Program-made: the position numbers and the translations under genes
In this document: positions 1-9,032 of the stretch, one piece after another
Layout of the letters: each line of letters starts with the position of its first letter
How positions within the stretch are numbered: position 1 is the first letter of the stretch
Notes under the pieces: model-generated
Seen by the model: the letters and a program-made list of their open reading frames with translations, nothing else
What the model was told of the DNA's origin: nothing
Database searches by the model: none
Assembly: GCA_004348925.1 (NCBI GenBank)
Contig: RCMX01000006.1
Span: forward strand, 666,919 to 730,918
Origin: Actinomycetota bacterium
Lineage (GTDB): Bacteria > Actinomycetota > Coriobacteriia > Anaerosomatales > Anaerosomataceae
DNA: 64,000 nt
Reading direction: 5' to 3'

Positions 1-1
1 T

Positions 2-256
2 TTCCAGGGCTCGGGTGTCGGCTCGGCACTCATCGAGGCCGCTGTCGTCTCGGCGCGCGAGAAGGGCGTGAACGCGCTCAAGACCGCCACCACCAACGAC
101 GACATCCCCGCGCTCCACTTCTATCAGCGCCACGGCTTCGCGATCTACCAGATCGAGACCGGCATCATGATCGACCACCACGGTGAGGCCATCCCCGGCT
201 TCGCCGGCATCCCGGTGCGCGACGAGATCCGTCTGCGTCGCCCGGTCTGTCCGTAA
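2..256 (+). CDS. GNAT family N-acetyltransferase, C-terminal part (5' end outside window)
   Basis: In-frame translation FQGSGVGSALIEAAV...ALHFYQRHGF contains the GNAT acetyl-CoA-binding Q/RxxGxG/A signature. The ORF runs off the window start. Confidence 0.6.
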   Translation, partial: FQGSGVGSALIEAAVVSAREKGVNALKTATTNDDIPALHFYQRHGFAIYQIETGIMIDHHGEAIPGFAGIPVRDEIRLRRPVCP

Positions 257-295
257 CCGTCACCCGACATCGTCTGTCCCTACCGAGGAGGACCC

Positions 296-1294
296 GTGAG
301 AACCACCCGCATCCGTCTGCTCGCTTTGCTGCTCGTCGTCGCGCTCGCTGCGAGCGCGCTTGTGGGCTGCACGAAGAAGGGCGAGCCGGCCGCTTCGGAC
401 GGCACGTCGATCAGCGCCACGCCGGTGCCGATCAAGATCGGCACGCTTCCCACCGAGGATTCGCTGCCGTTGTGGGTCGCCGAGCAGCAGGGGCTCTTCG
501 AGAAGGCCGGTCTCTCGGTAGAGATCCTCATCTTCCAGGCGGCCCAGGAGCGCGACGCCGCGTTCGCATCGGGCGCGATCGACGCCTACATGGGCGACAT
601 CATCGCATCGGCAGCGCTTGAGGCCGGCGGGTCGCCCGTCTCGATTGCGACTGTCATGCTTGGCGCCACCGCGAAGGAGGGCCGCTTCGGCATCGTCGCG
701 AAGCCGGGCTCGAAGGCCAAGACGCTCGCCGATCTTGCCGGCGTTCCGATTGCCACGTCCTCGGCCACGATCCAGGAGTACGTCCTCGACGGCCTGATGG
801 CCGCCGCCAACGTGCCCGCGGACAAGGTGAAGAAGGAGATCGTCGCCAAGGTGCCGGTTCGGTTCGAGCTGCTCATGAACGGCAAGCTCGAGGCGGCATC
901 ACTACCCGAGCCGTTCCTCACGCTCGCCGTCTCGCAGGGCGCCGTGCTTGTTGCTGATGACACCGCGGGCGCGAATCTCACGCAGACGGTGCTGGGTGTC
1001 TCGGACAAGTTTATGGCGACGCCCGGCGGCATGCTTACCGTCAAAGAGCTTCTCGGCGTGTGGGACGAGTCGGTGGATGTCATCAACGCCGAACCGAACT
1101 CGTTCCGTGCACTGCTCGTCGACAAAGCGCGCCTGCCCGAGCCGCTCAAGGACACGTATCCGGTGAACGCGTACCCCAAGGCCGCGCCTCCGACGCAGGC
1201 CGAGGTCGATGCGGTGCTGACCTGGATGAAGTCCAAGGAGCTCCTCAAGGGCGACGTCGCCTACGCTGATCTCGTGCAGGCCCTGCCCGAGTAA
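296..1294 (+). CDS. ABC transporter substrate-binding lipoprotein, NMT1/THI5 (nitrate/sulfonate/bicarbonate) family
   Basis: GTG start preceded by GAGGAGG. Signal peptide with lipobox LVGC. NMT1-like SBP fold sequence. Followed directly by ATPase and permease genes. Confidence 0.8.
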   Translation: MRTTRIRLLALLLVVALAASALVGCTKKGEPAASDGTSISATPVPIKIGTLPTEDSLPLWVAEQQGLFEKAGLSVEILIFQAAQERDAAFASGAIDAYMGDIIASAALEAGGSPVSIATVMLGATAKEGRFGIVAKPGSKAKTLADLAGVPIATSSATIQEYVLDGLMAAANVPADKVKKEIVAKVPVRFELLMNGKLEAASLPEPFLTLAVSQGAVLVADDTAGANLTQTVLGVSDKFMATPGGMLTVKELLGVWDESVDVINAEPNSFRALLVDKARLPEPLKDTYPVNAYPKAAPPTQAEVDAVLTWMKSKELLKGDVAYADLVQALPE

Positions 1295-1303
1295 GGACAC
1301 TTC

Positions 1304-2092
1304 GTGGCAGCCGTATCGGTTCGAGAGCTCGCCGTCACCTATAGCGGTGTGGGGCGCGATGTCCCTGCGCTCCTTGGGATGAACCTCGAGGTCGGTGATG
1401 GCGAGCCGATCGCCATCATCGGGCCTTCGGGCTGCGGCAAGTCAACGCTGCTGCTTGCGCTTGCGGGGTTGCTGCCCGCTGACGCGGGTGAGGTGCTCAT
1501 CGGCGGGGAGGCGGTCACGCGTCCGCGCAGGCGAACCGCGCTGATCCTCCAGGACTTCGGCCTCCTGCCATGGAAGACGGTCGCGCACAACGCCGCGCTT
1601 GGGCTTGAGGTGCGTGGGGTGGAAGCCGGTGCCCGCCGCAAGGTCGTCGACGAGGCGCTCGAGCGTCTCGGCCTGGCCGAGTTCGCCGAGGCGTACCCCG
1701 GCGAGCTCTCGGGCGGCATGCGCCAGCGGCTCGCACTGGCGCGCGCGCTTGCCCTCGACGCGGACCTGCTGCTCATGGACGAGCCCCTCTCGGCGCTTGA
1801 CGCGCTCACGCGGGAAGACCTGCAGAACCTGCTGCTCGGCATCTGGCAGCAGCGCGGGCACACCGCGGTGCTCGTGACGCACTCCATTGAGGAAGCGGTC
1901 TTCCTCGGCAGGCGGGTCGTCGTTATGTCGCCGCGTCCGGGTCGCGTTGCGTCGATCGTCGACAACCCGGAGATGGGCGAGGCGGGCTACCGGGAGACGC
2001 CGGCGTTCCTGGAGCGCTGCGTCGAGCTGCGGCGTCTGCTTGCCGCCGAGGGCGCCTTCGCGGACCAGGCGTTGGCGGAGGGTGTCCGATGA
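1304..2092 (+). CDS. ABC transporter ATP-binding protein (SsuB/TauB-like)
   Basis: Walker A GPSGCGKST, signature LSGGMRQR and Walker B LLLMDEP. Confidence 0.9.
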   Translation: MAAVSVRELAVTYSGVGRDVPALLGMNLEVGDGEPIAIIGPSGCGKSTLLLALAGLLPADAGEVLIGGEAVTRPRRRTALILQDFGLLPWKTVAHNAALGLEVRGVEAGARRKVVDEALERLGLAEFAEAYPGELSGGMRQRLALARALALDADLLLMDEPLSALDALTREDLQNLLLGIWQQRGHTAVLVTHSIEEAVFLGRRVVVMSPRPGRVASIVDNPEMGEAGYRETPAFLERCVELRRLLAAEGAFADQALAEGVR

Positions 2093-2844
2093 ACGCGTGG
2101 CTGCGTCGCATCGGCGGCTACGCGATCGCCAGCGCCGCGTTGCTGGCGGGTTGGCAGTTGCTCTCGATGGCGATCGGCTCCCAGGCGCTTCCGGGTCCGG
2201 TTCCCGCGCTCTCCGATTTCGGGCGGCTGCTCTTCTCCGACCTGCTGCCGCACGCCGGGATCAGCGCATGGCGTGTCGTGGCGTCGATGACAATCGGCGC
2301 AGCCGTTGCGACGCCGCTTGGTCTCGCAATCGGGCGTAGTCCTCGGGCAGACGCGGTGTTCGCACCGATGATCTTCCTCACGTACCCCGTGCCGAAGGTC
2401 GTCTTCCTGCCGGTCCTTCTTGTGCTGCTCGGCATCGGAAACCTTCCGAAGATCGCGCTCATCACGCTCATCGTCTTCTTCCAGATACTCGTGACGGCGC
2501 GCGACGCGGCGCGCGGCATTCCCGCCTCGGCGGTGCTCTCGGTCCGCTCACTCGGAGCGACGCGCTGGCAGGTCTTCCGTCACGTGGTGGTTCCGGCCGC
2601 GCTGCCCGACATCTTCACGGCGCTGCGCATCTCCACGGGCACGGCCATCGCCGTGCTGTTCTTCTCGGAGACGGTGGCGGGGAGCGAGGGGCTCGGCTAC
2701 TACATCATCGACGCCTGGAGCCGCATCGCGTACAGCGAGATGTTCGCCGGTATCATCGGCATGGCGATGCTCGGCGTGGTGCTCTACGAGCTGCTTGAAC
2801 TCGCCGAGGCACGCGTGTGCCGTTGGACGCGTGTCGAGCGGTAG
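2089..2844 (+). CDS. ABC transporter permease (SsuC/TauC-like)
   Basis: ATGA overlap with the upstream ATPase. Polytopic membrane protein with an EAA-like loop. Confidence 0.85.
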   Translation: MNAWLRRIGGYAIASAALLAGWQLLSMAIGSQALPGPVPALSDFGRLLFSDLLPHAGISAWRVVASMTIGAAVATPLGLAIGRSPRADAVFAPMIFLTYPVPKVVFLPVLLVLLGIGNLPKIALITLIVFFQILVTARDAARGIPASAVLSVRSLGATRWQVFRHVVVPAALPDIFTALRISTGTAIAVLFFSETVAGSEGLGYYIIDAWSRIAYSEMFAGIIGMAMLGVVLYELLELAEARVCRWTRVER

Positions 2845-2846
2845 CC

Positions 2847-3938
2847 CTACGGCAGCTGCTGAACCGGGTGACAGTTCAGGCAGAGATCATCGTAGAAAGC
2901 GGTGGAGGTCGCCTCAACGAGCATGCGGTAGTTCGTCGACTCGTGCGGGAAGTTCTGGAACCGCGGGTTGTCGGTGAGCGAGCGTCCGTCCGCGATGCCG
3001 ACCATGTAGGGTTTCACCGTCCCGGCGTTCCCGGTCGCGCTGAGCGAGCCGACGTCCCGGGCGTCCTCATGACACTGCTGGCAGATAGGCGCGTGGCCAG
3101 TCTGCTCGGCAGTGCGCGGATACGGCATCAGATAGCCCCCGTTGTTAGCGGCAAGCGGTCCGAGCGTCGTCGCGGTGGCGTTCACGCCTGCGTTCAGCCG
3201 TGCGACGTTGTTGTAGATGAACGGTGTCGCGGTCGTCCATTTGGATTCTGCCGGGTGGTTATGGGCCTCGCTCAGGCCGGGGCCTCGACCCTTGTGACAG
3301 GCAAGGCACCAATCGGAGCCGTAGCTTGCTGTTGAGGTGGTCGCCCCCGTTGGGCTGCGCTTCAGCAGGCGGTTCTGTGTCTGCAGGGTCATGATGCCCC
3401 AGCGATAGGCCCTCTGGCGTTCGCCAAGGAATGGATTGACGCAGTCGTTCCCGTGTGGCGAGTGGCAGTCGCTACATGTCAGTTTTCCGCCGGGACCCGC
3501 GAAGGAGATCGTAGCGCTACCGCCATCTGCAGCATTGCCTCCGGGAACAGCCGAGGTAGTCTCGATGCGGTGTCCGGAAGCTACGGCCAGTCCACGTCCG
3601 CTGATGGCGCCGTAGACGCCCTCCCCGATCGTTGCCGTGCCGTCGTGGCACGTCATGCAGGTTGCATGGATGGTCTCGCCGGGGAGCAGTTTGAACCCAC
3701 TCGGGGCGTCATGGAGGGTGTGGCACGTCTTGCATGCGTTGGTGGTGGTGGCGTAGCCACCATGCGGACCCCACCGGGTGCCGGTGTTACCCATAGCGCC
3801 GGGGTAGTGGCACTCCATGCATGTCGCCCAGTCGCCAGCGGTCGACGTGGTTTCGTCGAAAGCGAAGGCCGGGGATGCAAACGCTAAGATCGCGGTGGCG
3901 ATGAGTAGCAGACACGTACGCAGGAATCGAACCCCCAT
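2847..3938 (-). CDS. secreted heptaheme c-type cytochrome (paralogue A)
   Basis: Seven CxxCH motifs (CMECH, CKTCH, CMTCH, CSDCH, CLACH, CQQCH, CLNCH). Start moved to the internal ATG at 3938, which is preceded by GGGAGGGG and followed by a signal peptide ending AFAFDE. Conserved C-terminal NPRFQNFPHE...LCLNCHPV block shared with the paralogues. Confidence 0.85.
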   Translation of the reverse strand: MGVRFLRTCLLLIATAILAFASPAFAFDETTSTAGDWATCMECHYPGAMGNTGTRWGPHGGYATTTNACKTCHTLHDAPSGFKLLPGETIHATCMTCHDGTATIGEGVYGAISGRGLAVASGHRIETTSAVPGGNAADGGSATISFAGPGGKLTCSDCHSPHGNDCVNPFLGERQRAYRWGIMTLQTQNRLLKRSPTGATTSTASYGSDWCLACHKGRGPGLSEAHNHPAESKWTTATPFIYNNVARLNAGVNATATTLGPLAANNGGYLMPYPRTAEQTGHAPICQQCHEDARDVGSLSATGNAGTVKPYMVGIADGRSLTDNPRFQNFPHESTNYRMLVEATSTAFYDDLCLNCHPVQQLP

Positions 3939-4071
3939 GGATAAGCCCCTCCCGCTGTCCATGACGTCGTTGTTCGGTAGTTTCGCATAACGCGGCCAGG
4001 AATAGAACACGAGGCAGCCAAATGGCCCTGGTGTGATCCCGGAAGACGCGATGAGCGAGAAGCGGCGGCCG

Positions 4072-5181
4072 CTAGGGCAGTGACACGACCGGGTGGCAGT
4101 TCAGGCAGAGGTCGTCGTAGTACGCGGTCGAAGTCGCCTCGACGAGCATGCGATAGTTCTGCGTCTCGTGCGGGAAGTTCTGAAACCGGGGATTGTCCCC
4201 GTCGGTCCAGCCATCCGGCGTGGTGATGGTGTACGGCGCGGCGTCCCCCTGGGTGCCGTCCGCCGACAAGCTACCCACCATCCTCGAGTCCTCGTGGCAC
4301 TGCTGGCAGATTGGCGCATGTCCGGTCTGCTGCGCTGTACGAGGCCAGGGCATCAGGTAACCGCGGTTGCTTCCCGCAAGCGTGCCGAGAACGGTAACGC
4401 CGGTCAGGGCATCACCGTTGAGCTTGGCGACGTTCGTGTAGGTGAAGGGGGTCGCAGTCGTGGCTTTGGAATCTGCCGGATGGTTATGCGCCGCAGACAG
4501 TCCCGAGCTCCGACCCTTGTGACAGCCGAGACACCAGTCCGAGCCGTACTCTGCTGTGGGCGTCGTCGAGTTCCCGGGCGATCGCTTCAACAGCTTGCTT
4601 GAGGTGGTAACGCCGATGATTCCCCAGGTTGCCGACCGCTGACGTTCGCCGGCGTAGGCATTCACCACGTCTGCGCCGTGCGGGCTGTGGCATGAGGTGC
4701 ATGTTAGTGTTCCGCCGGGACCACCGAACGCCACGGGAAGCGAACCGCCGCTGTTCTCGTCGCCGCCCGGGACCACGTTGATCGCCTCCACGCTGTGCGA
4801 GGAGCCGACGCTGCGTCCACGGGCGGCGATCGCGCCGTACACGCCTCCACCGGCCGTGCCATCATGGCAGGTCATGCAGGTGGCTTTAGTGGTCGCACCG
4901 GGAAGCAGCATCACGCTCGATGCCGGCGCCTGATGAACGGAGTGGCACTCCCCGCACTTCGATGTGGTGATCGTATACCCGCCATGAACGCCGGCCTTGG
5001 GATCGTCGAATACCGAGCCTGGCCACGGATCATGGCACCCGCCGCAATTCGCTTCATCCATGCTGGGTGGAAGCGTCGAGGTGGTCTCATCGAACGCCAA
5101 AACAACGCTCGGGACCATAACGATCAGGGTCGCGAGCGCCGCGATGGCTGCGATTCGTATGACGGTTGAGCGCATGCTCAC
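4072..5181 (-). CDS. secreted heptaheme c-type cytochrome (paralogue B, tandem copy)
   Basis: Seven CxxCH motifs (CGGCH, CGECH, CMTCH, CTSCH, CLGCH, CQQCH, CLNCH). Signal peptide ...VVLAFDETTST. Collinear conserved blocks with paralogue A. Confidence 0.85.
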   Translation of the reverse strand: MSMRSTVIRIAAIAALATLIVMVPSVVLAFDETTSTLPPSMDEANCGGCHDPWPGSVFDDPKAGVHGGYTITTSKCGECHSVHQAPASSVMLLPGATTKATCMTCHDGTAGGGVYGAIAARGRSVGSSHSVEAINVVPGGDENSGGSLPVAFGGPGGTLTCTSCHSPHGADVVNAYAGERQRSATWGIIGVTTSSKLLKRSPGNSTTPTAEYGSDWCLGCHKGRSSGLSAAHNHPADSKATTATPFTYTNVAKLNGDALTGVTVLGTLAGSNRGYLMPWPRTAQQTGHAPICQQCHEDSRMVGSLSADGTQGDAAPYTITTPDGWTDGDNPRFQNFPHETQNYRMLVEATSTAYYDDLCLNCHPVVSLP

Positions 5182-5261
5182 CTCAGAGGACTTTGATTCA
5201 ACACCAATAGTACCCCGCGCACGCGTTGTATGCTAGCGCCGTGCCATGTCGCGCCCTCGCT

Positions 5262-5633
5262 TCAGCTGGCAAGGGTCCGCTCGACGACTTCGCGGAGCGC
5301 TCTGGGATCGAACGGTTTCGTCACGTACTCGTCGCAGCCGAGATCCGCGCCGTGCTTGAGGTCCGTGTTCTGAGCGGCCGTTGTGAGCATGATGACCTTC
5401 ACACCCGCGGTTTCAGGCCGTTTGCGCAAGAATCGCAGCACCTCGAAACCGTCCAGCTTGGGCATCGTCACGTCGAGAAGTACGAGGTCGGGGTGCTCGG
5501 CCATCGCGACCTCGAGCGCCTTCTCGCCGTCAACGGCCTGGAGAATCTCGTGCCCGAGCGAGCGCAATGCAGCGCTTACCAACAGTCGTATCTGCTGGTT
5601 GTCGTCGGCCACCAGTATCTTGCATGTCGCCAC
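5262..5633 (-). CDS. single-domain response regulator (CheY-like receiver)
   Basis: REC domain with DD pair, phospho-acceptor Asp in LVLLDVTMP and conserved Lys in YVTKPF. Confidence 0.85.
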   Translation of the reverse strand: MATCKILVADDNQQIRLLVSAALRSLGHEILQAVDGEKALEVAMAEHPDLVLLDVTMPKLDGFEVLRFLRKRPETAGVKVIMLTTAAQNTDLKHGADLGCDEYVTKPFDPRALREVVERTLAS

Positions 5634-5666
5634 GGGTGCCCCTCCTCGTGACGGCGCGGACAGAAC

Positions 5667-6119
5667 TCAGTCGCGATCTCGATGCATGATGTTCACGATG
5701 GTGTGCAGCTTCGCTTCTCGCTTTGCGCGCTCACGCGCGACCTGCTCGCGCTTCGACGGGTCGAGCATCGCTTCGATGTGATCGGCAACATCGGACGGCT
5801 TGAACGGCTTCGGGATGTAGTCGACGAAGTCGTCCTTCATCTGCTCGACCTGCTCCTCGAAGGTGCCAGCCGCCGAGAGGAACAGAATCGGGATCTCCTT
5901 GAACGCCGGCCTGCGGCGGAGCTCCTCGCGTACCTGGTGCCCCGTCATCTTCGGCATCATGACGTCGAGTACGATGAGGGATGGCTTCTCTGTCTCTGCC
6001 ATCGCAAGCGCTTCGATGCCGTTGTCTGCAGTCACGATGGTGTAGCCGCGATTCGTGAGCGCTACCGTGAGAAGCTTCTGGATCGACGGCTCATCGTCGA
6101 CTACGAGGATCTTCTTCAT
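5667..6119 (-). CDS. single-domain response regulator (receiver) with short C-terminal coiled/charged tail
   Basis: REC motifs VVDDEP, LIVLDVMMP, YIPKPF. C-terminal 30 aa are lysine/arginine/glutamate-rich. Confidence 0.85.
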   Translation of the reverse strand: MKKILVVDDEPSIQKLLTVALTNRGYTIVTADNGIEALAMAETEKPSLIVLDVMMPKMTGHQVREELRRRPAFKEIPILFLSAAGTFEEQVEQMKDDFVDYIPKPFKPSDVADHIEAMLDPSKREQVARERAKREAKLHTIVNIMHRDRD

Positions 6120-6134
6120 GTGCTCTACCTCTCC

Positions 6135-6500
6135 CTACTCGCCCAGGATCTCCGACACCCGTCGGACCAGGTCCTTGGGCGTGAACGGCTTACAGATGTA
6201 TTCGCTTGCGCCGCACGTCAAACCTTCTGCAATCTCACGCTGCTGCGATTTGGCAGACAACATCACGATGGGGATGTGCGCGGTCTTGGGATTCTCGCAG
6301 ATCTTCTTTGCGGCATCGTACCCGTTCATGACAGGCATCATAACGTCGAGCAGGATCAGGTCGGGCTGTTCTGACTCGGCAAGCTCTGCGGCTGTTGCGC
6401 CGTCGGCAGCGGTCACGATCTCCCAGCCGTGATTGCCAAGCGTGAACGACACGAGTTTGAGGATGTGCGGCTCGTCATCCGCGACCAGTATCTTGCTCAC
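6135..6500 (-). CDS. single-domain response regulator (CheY-like receiver)
   Basis: REC motifs VADDEP, LILLDVMMP, YICKPF. 4-bp overlap with the upstream kinase gene. Confidence 0.85.
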   Translation of the reverse strand: MSKILVADDEPHILKLVSFTLGNHGWEIVTAADGATAAELAESEQPDLILLDVMMPVMNGYDAAKKICENPKTAHIPIVMLSAKSQQREIAEGLTCGASEYICKPFTPKDLVRRVSEILGE

Positions 6501-8668
6501 GAGTCCTCCAGCATGCTCTCGAGCAGGGCCTCGACGCGCCGTGCCAGTTCCTCTGCCGAGAACGGCTTATCCACCTTCTGTTGCGCAAGCCCGAGGATGT
6601 CGATGCGAGAGCGATCGATTTGATGTGCGGTCATCACGACGATGGGGATGTCCTTGGTCGCCGGATCCGTCTTCACCTTCTCTATGACCTGATAGCCGTC
6701 CATGACGGGCATCTGCAGATCGAGGAGGATCAGGTCCGGGTGTCTCTTCCTGAGCGCGGCCATAGCCTCGGCGCCGTCGTAGGCCGCCGCTACGGAGAAG
6801 CCCTTCGACTTCAGGTTTCGGCAGAGCAGGTCGACGATGTTGCGGTCGTCATCGACAACCAGGATCACGGGCGCCGCGACGCTGCCGACGAGATCGTCGA
6901 TGATCGTCGTGAGCCGTCGCTTGTCGATCGGCTTCTCAAGGTAGTCTGCCGCGCCAAGACGACACGAGCGACCCTCATCGCAGACGATCGAGAGCACCAG
7001 CACCGGGATCTCGCTCGTCTCCGGTGTGTCTTTGAGCTTCTGGAGAAGATCGAAACCGTCGCCATCGTCCAACATCACATCGAGTGTGATCACGCGCGGA
7101 CGGACCTCGATCGCCTTCTCGAGCGCCTCGGTGGCGTTGTGCGCCTTGACGACGTCGTACCCCTGCCTGACGAGGTAGGTCTCCACGAGGTTCGCGATCT
7201 CGGGGTCGCGGTCGACCACGAGCACCATGCCGCCTGCCGCGGTGGGGCCTTCTACTCCGGGCGTGCGAACGAGGTCCTTCGATGCGATCGGCAGCGAGAA
7301 CCAGAATGTGGAGCCTTTGCCGGCTGTGCTCTTCACGCCGACCTTCCCGCCGAGCAGCTCGATGATGCTCTTGCAGATGGACAGGCCGAGGCCGGTGCCG
7401 CCGATCTCGCGAGTGAGCGAGGAGTCGACGCGATAGAACTTCGTGAACAGCTTTGCCTGGTCTTCCTTGGCGATGCCGATTCCCTGGTCGGTGATCGCGA
7501 CCACGACCATATCGCCTTCTTGCTTCGCCTTGACGGTGACGCTTCCGCCCTCGGGCGAGTACTTGATCGCATTGCTGATGAAGTTCATCAGCACCTGACC
7601 GACCCGGTCTCGGTCTCCGGCGGCTTTCGGCAAGTCGTGCGGTGCCTTCGGGAGGAGTTTGTGTCCGCTCTGGTCGGACACTGCCTGGAATGTATCGACG
7701 GCGCCAGCGATCAGATCGCACATGTCGAGGGGCTGGATTTTGAGGTGGATCCGGCCGGACTCGATGCGCGAGATGTCGAGCATGTCGTTGATGAGCTCGA
7801 CCAGCCGGTCGGAGTTCTGCTTCACGATCGACAGGAACTCGCGCTGTATCTCGTTGATCTCGCCGGCTTCGCCGTCGAGGATCAGGTCGATGTAGCCCTT
7901 GATCGAGGTGAGCGGCGTCCTGAGTTCGTGCGACACGGTCGAGACGAATTCGTTCTTCATCTGGCCCACTTCGCGCTCCGCAGTCACGTCGTGAAGCGTT
8001 GCCACGTAGCCGAGATACCCGCCCTTGTCGTCGAGCACAGGGTCGGTGCGTACGTCCATGATGCGATGCTCTGGTTCCTCCAGCCGGACTTCTCGGACCT
8101 GAGAACCATCGATCGCAGGCGCGAAGCTGTCCTCGGGCACCATCGACAGCATCTCCCAGAGCGGGGTCCGCTTTCCGATGAGCTTGGCGGGCTTCAGGCC
8201 CGCAAGCATGCTTGCGGCCGGGTTGATGTAGGTGATCATCTCTTCGGCGTCGAAGACGATGAGGCCGTCACCGGTGCTTGCCAGGATCGCCTCGGCGCGT
8301 TTGCGGTACGCCTCGAGTGCCGTGTCGTCGCGCAGTGTGACGACGGCGGCCCGACGCCCGGAACAGTCGTACGGTGCGACCGTGGCTGCGACGACGCGGT
8401 CGCCAAGCAGGAGTCGAACGCCGTGGGGCTCCTTGCGCGACCTCGGGCGCAGCAGGCGTTCGATCATCGTCTCGATCTTCGGTTGCTTGAGCGTCGTGTA
8501 CAGCTTGCCGTGGACTTTCGACCGGGGTATGCCGAGCAGCTCCTCGGCGGTCTCGTTGAAGACGCGGATATCGCCGTCGGGTCCGACGGCAATCAAGCCT
8601 TCGCTCGTCGTAGCCATGAGCGCGCGGATGTGCAGGAAGGAACGACGTTCGTCAGCCTTCTGCGGCAA
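6497..8668 (-). CDS. hybrid sensor histidine kinase (PAS-PAS-HisKA-HATPase-REC-REC)
   Basis: H-box HELRTPLTSIKGYIDL. G-box [13 protein letters not shown]. Two C-terminal receiver domains (VLVVDRD..., ILVVDDD... LILLDLQMP). Confidence 0.85.
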   Translation of the reverse strand: MPQKADERRSFLHIRALMATTSEGLIAVGPDGDIRVFNETAEELLGIPRSKVHGKLYTTLKQPKIETMIERLLRPRSRKEPHGVRLLLGDRVVAATVAPYDCSGRRAAVVTLRDDTALEAYRKRAEAILASTGDGLIVFDAEEMITYINPAASMLAGLKPAKLIGKRTPLWEMLSMVPEDSFAPAIDGSQVREVRLEEPEHRIMDVRTDPVLDDKGGYLGYVATLHDVTAEREVGQMKNEFVSTVSHELRTPLTSIKGYIDLILDGEAGEINEIQREFLSIVKQNSDRLVELINDMLDISRIESGRIHLKIQPLDMCDLIAGAVDTFQAVSDQSGHKLLPKAPHDLPKAAGDRDRVGQVLMNFISNAIKYSPEGGSVTVKAKQEGDMVVVAITDQGIGIAKEDQAKLFTKFYRVDSSLTREIGGTGLGLSICKSIIELLGGKVGVKSTAGKGSTFWFSLPIASKDLVRTPGVEGPTAAGGMVLVVDRDPEIANLVETYLVRQGYDVVKAHNATEALEKAIEVRPRVITLDVMLDDGDGFDLLQKLKDTPETSEIPVLVLSIVCDEGRSCRLGAADYLEKPIDKRRLTTIIDDLVGSVAAPVILVVDDDRNIVDLLCRNLKSKGFSVAAAYDGAEAMAALRKRHPDLILLDLQMPVMDGYQVIEKVKTDPATKDIPIVVMTAHQIDRSRIDILGLAQQKVDKPFSAEELARRVEALLESMLEDS

Positions 8669-8829
8669 GTCGAGCCACCCCCTTCAGGGCATACCTCTAC
8701 ACCGAGACGTATTCGCTTGCCGAACGTTAATCCCTGCATCTGTCCGATGGATTCCTGGATCGGCGGAGCCATCGCCTCTGACGACGACAGGCCGGTGCGA
8801 TCGAACCGCACCGGCCTGTATTCGTCTGA

Positions 8830-8905
8830 TGGTGCCCCCTGCATGATTCGAACATGCGACACCAGGTTTAGGAAACCTGTGCTCTATCCCCTGAGCTAAG
8901 AGGGC
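8830..8905 (-). tRNA. tRNA-Arg (anticodon CCT)
   Basis: Manual cloverleaf. D-arm GCTCAGGGGATAGAGC, anticodon loop TTCCTAA, T-arm GTTCGAATC, encoded CCA. Confidence 0.8.
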
Positions 8906-9032
8906 GCGGAGGTCATTCTATCACCACATCAGCGGCGGTTGGGCGCTGGTACCGGGAGTTCGCGCAGACGAGTGACGCCGAGGTGATCGCGGCTTTGGCG
9001 AGCGTCGGCTAGCCGCTACGCTCGGGGGAGGC

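Noticed and set aside
6581-8899. 772-aa plus-strand ORF antisense to the hybrid histidine kinase. Similar long antisense ORFs occur at 10460-13243, 26989-29340, 45552-48110 and 57003-59063.
   Set aside because: Arg/Asp/His-rich, low-complexity translations that lie fully inside well-supported genes on the other strand. This is a typical high-GC artefact, with no motifs and no RBS.
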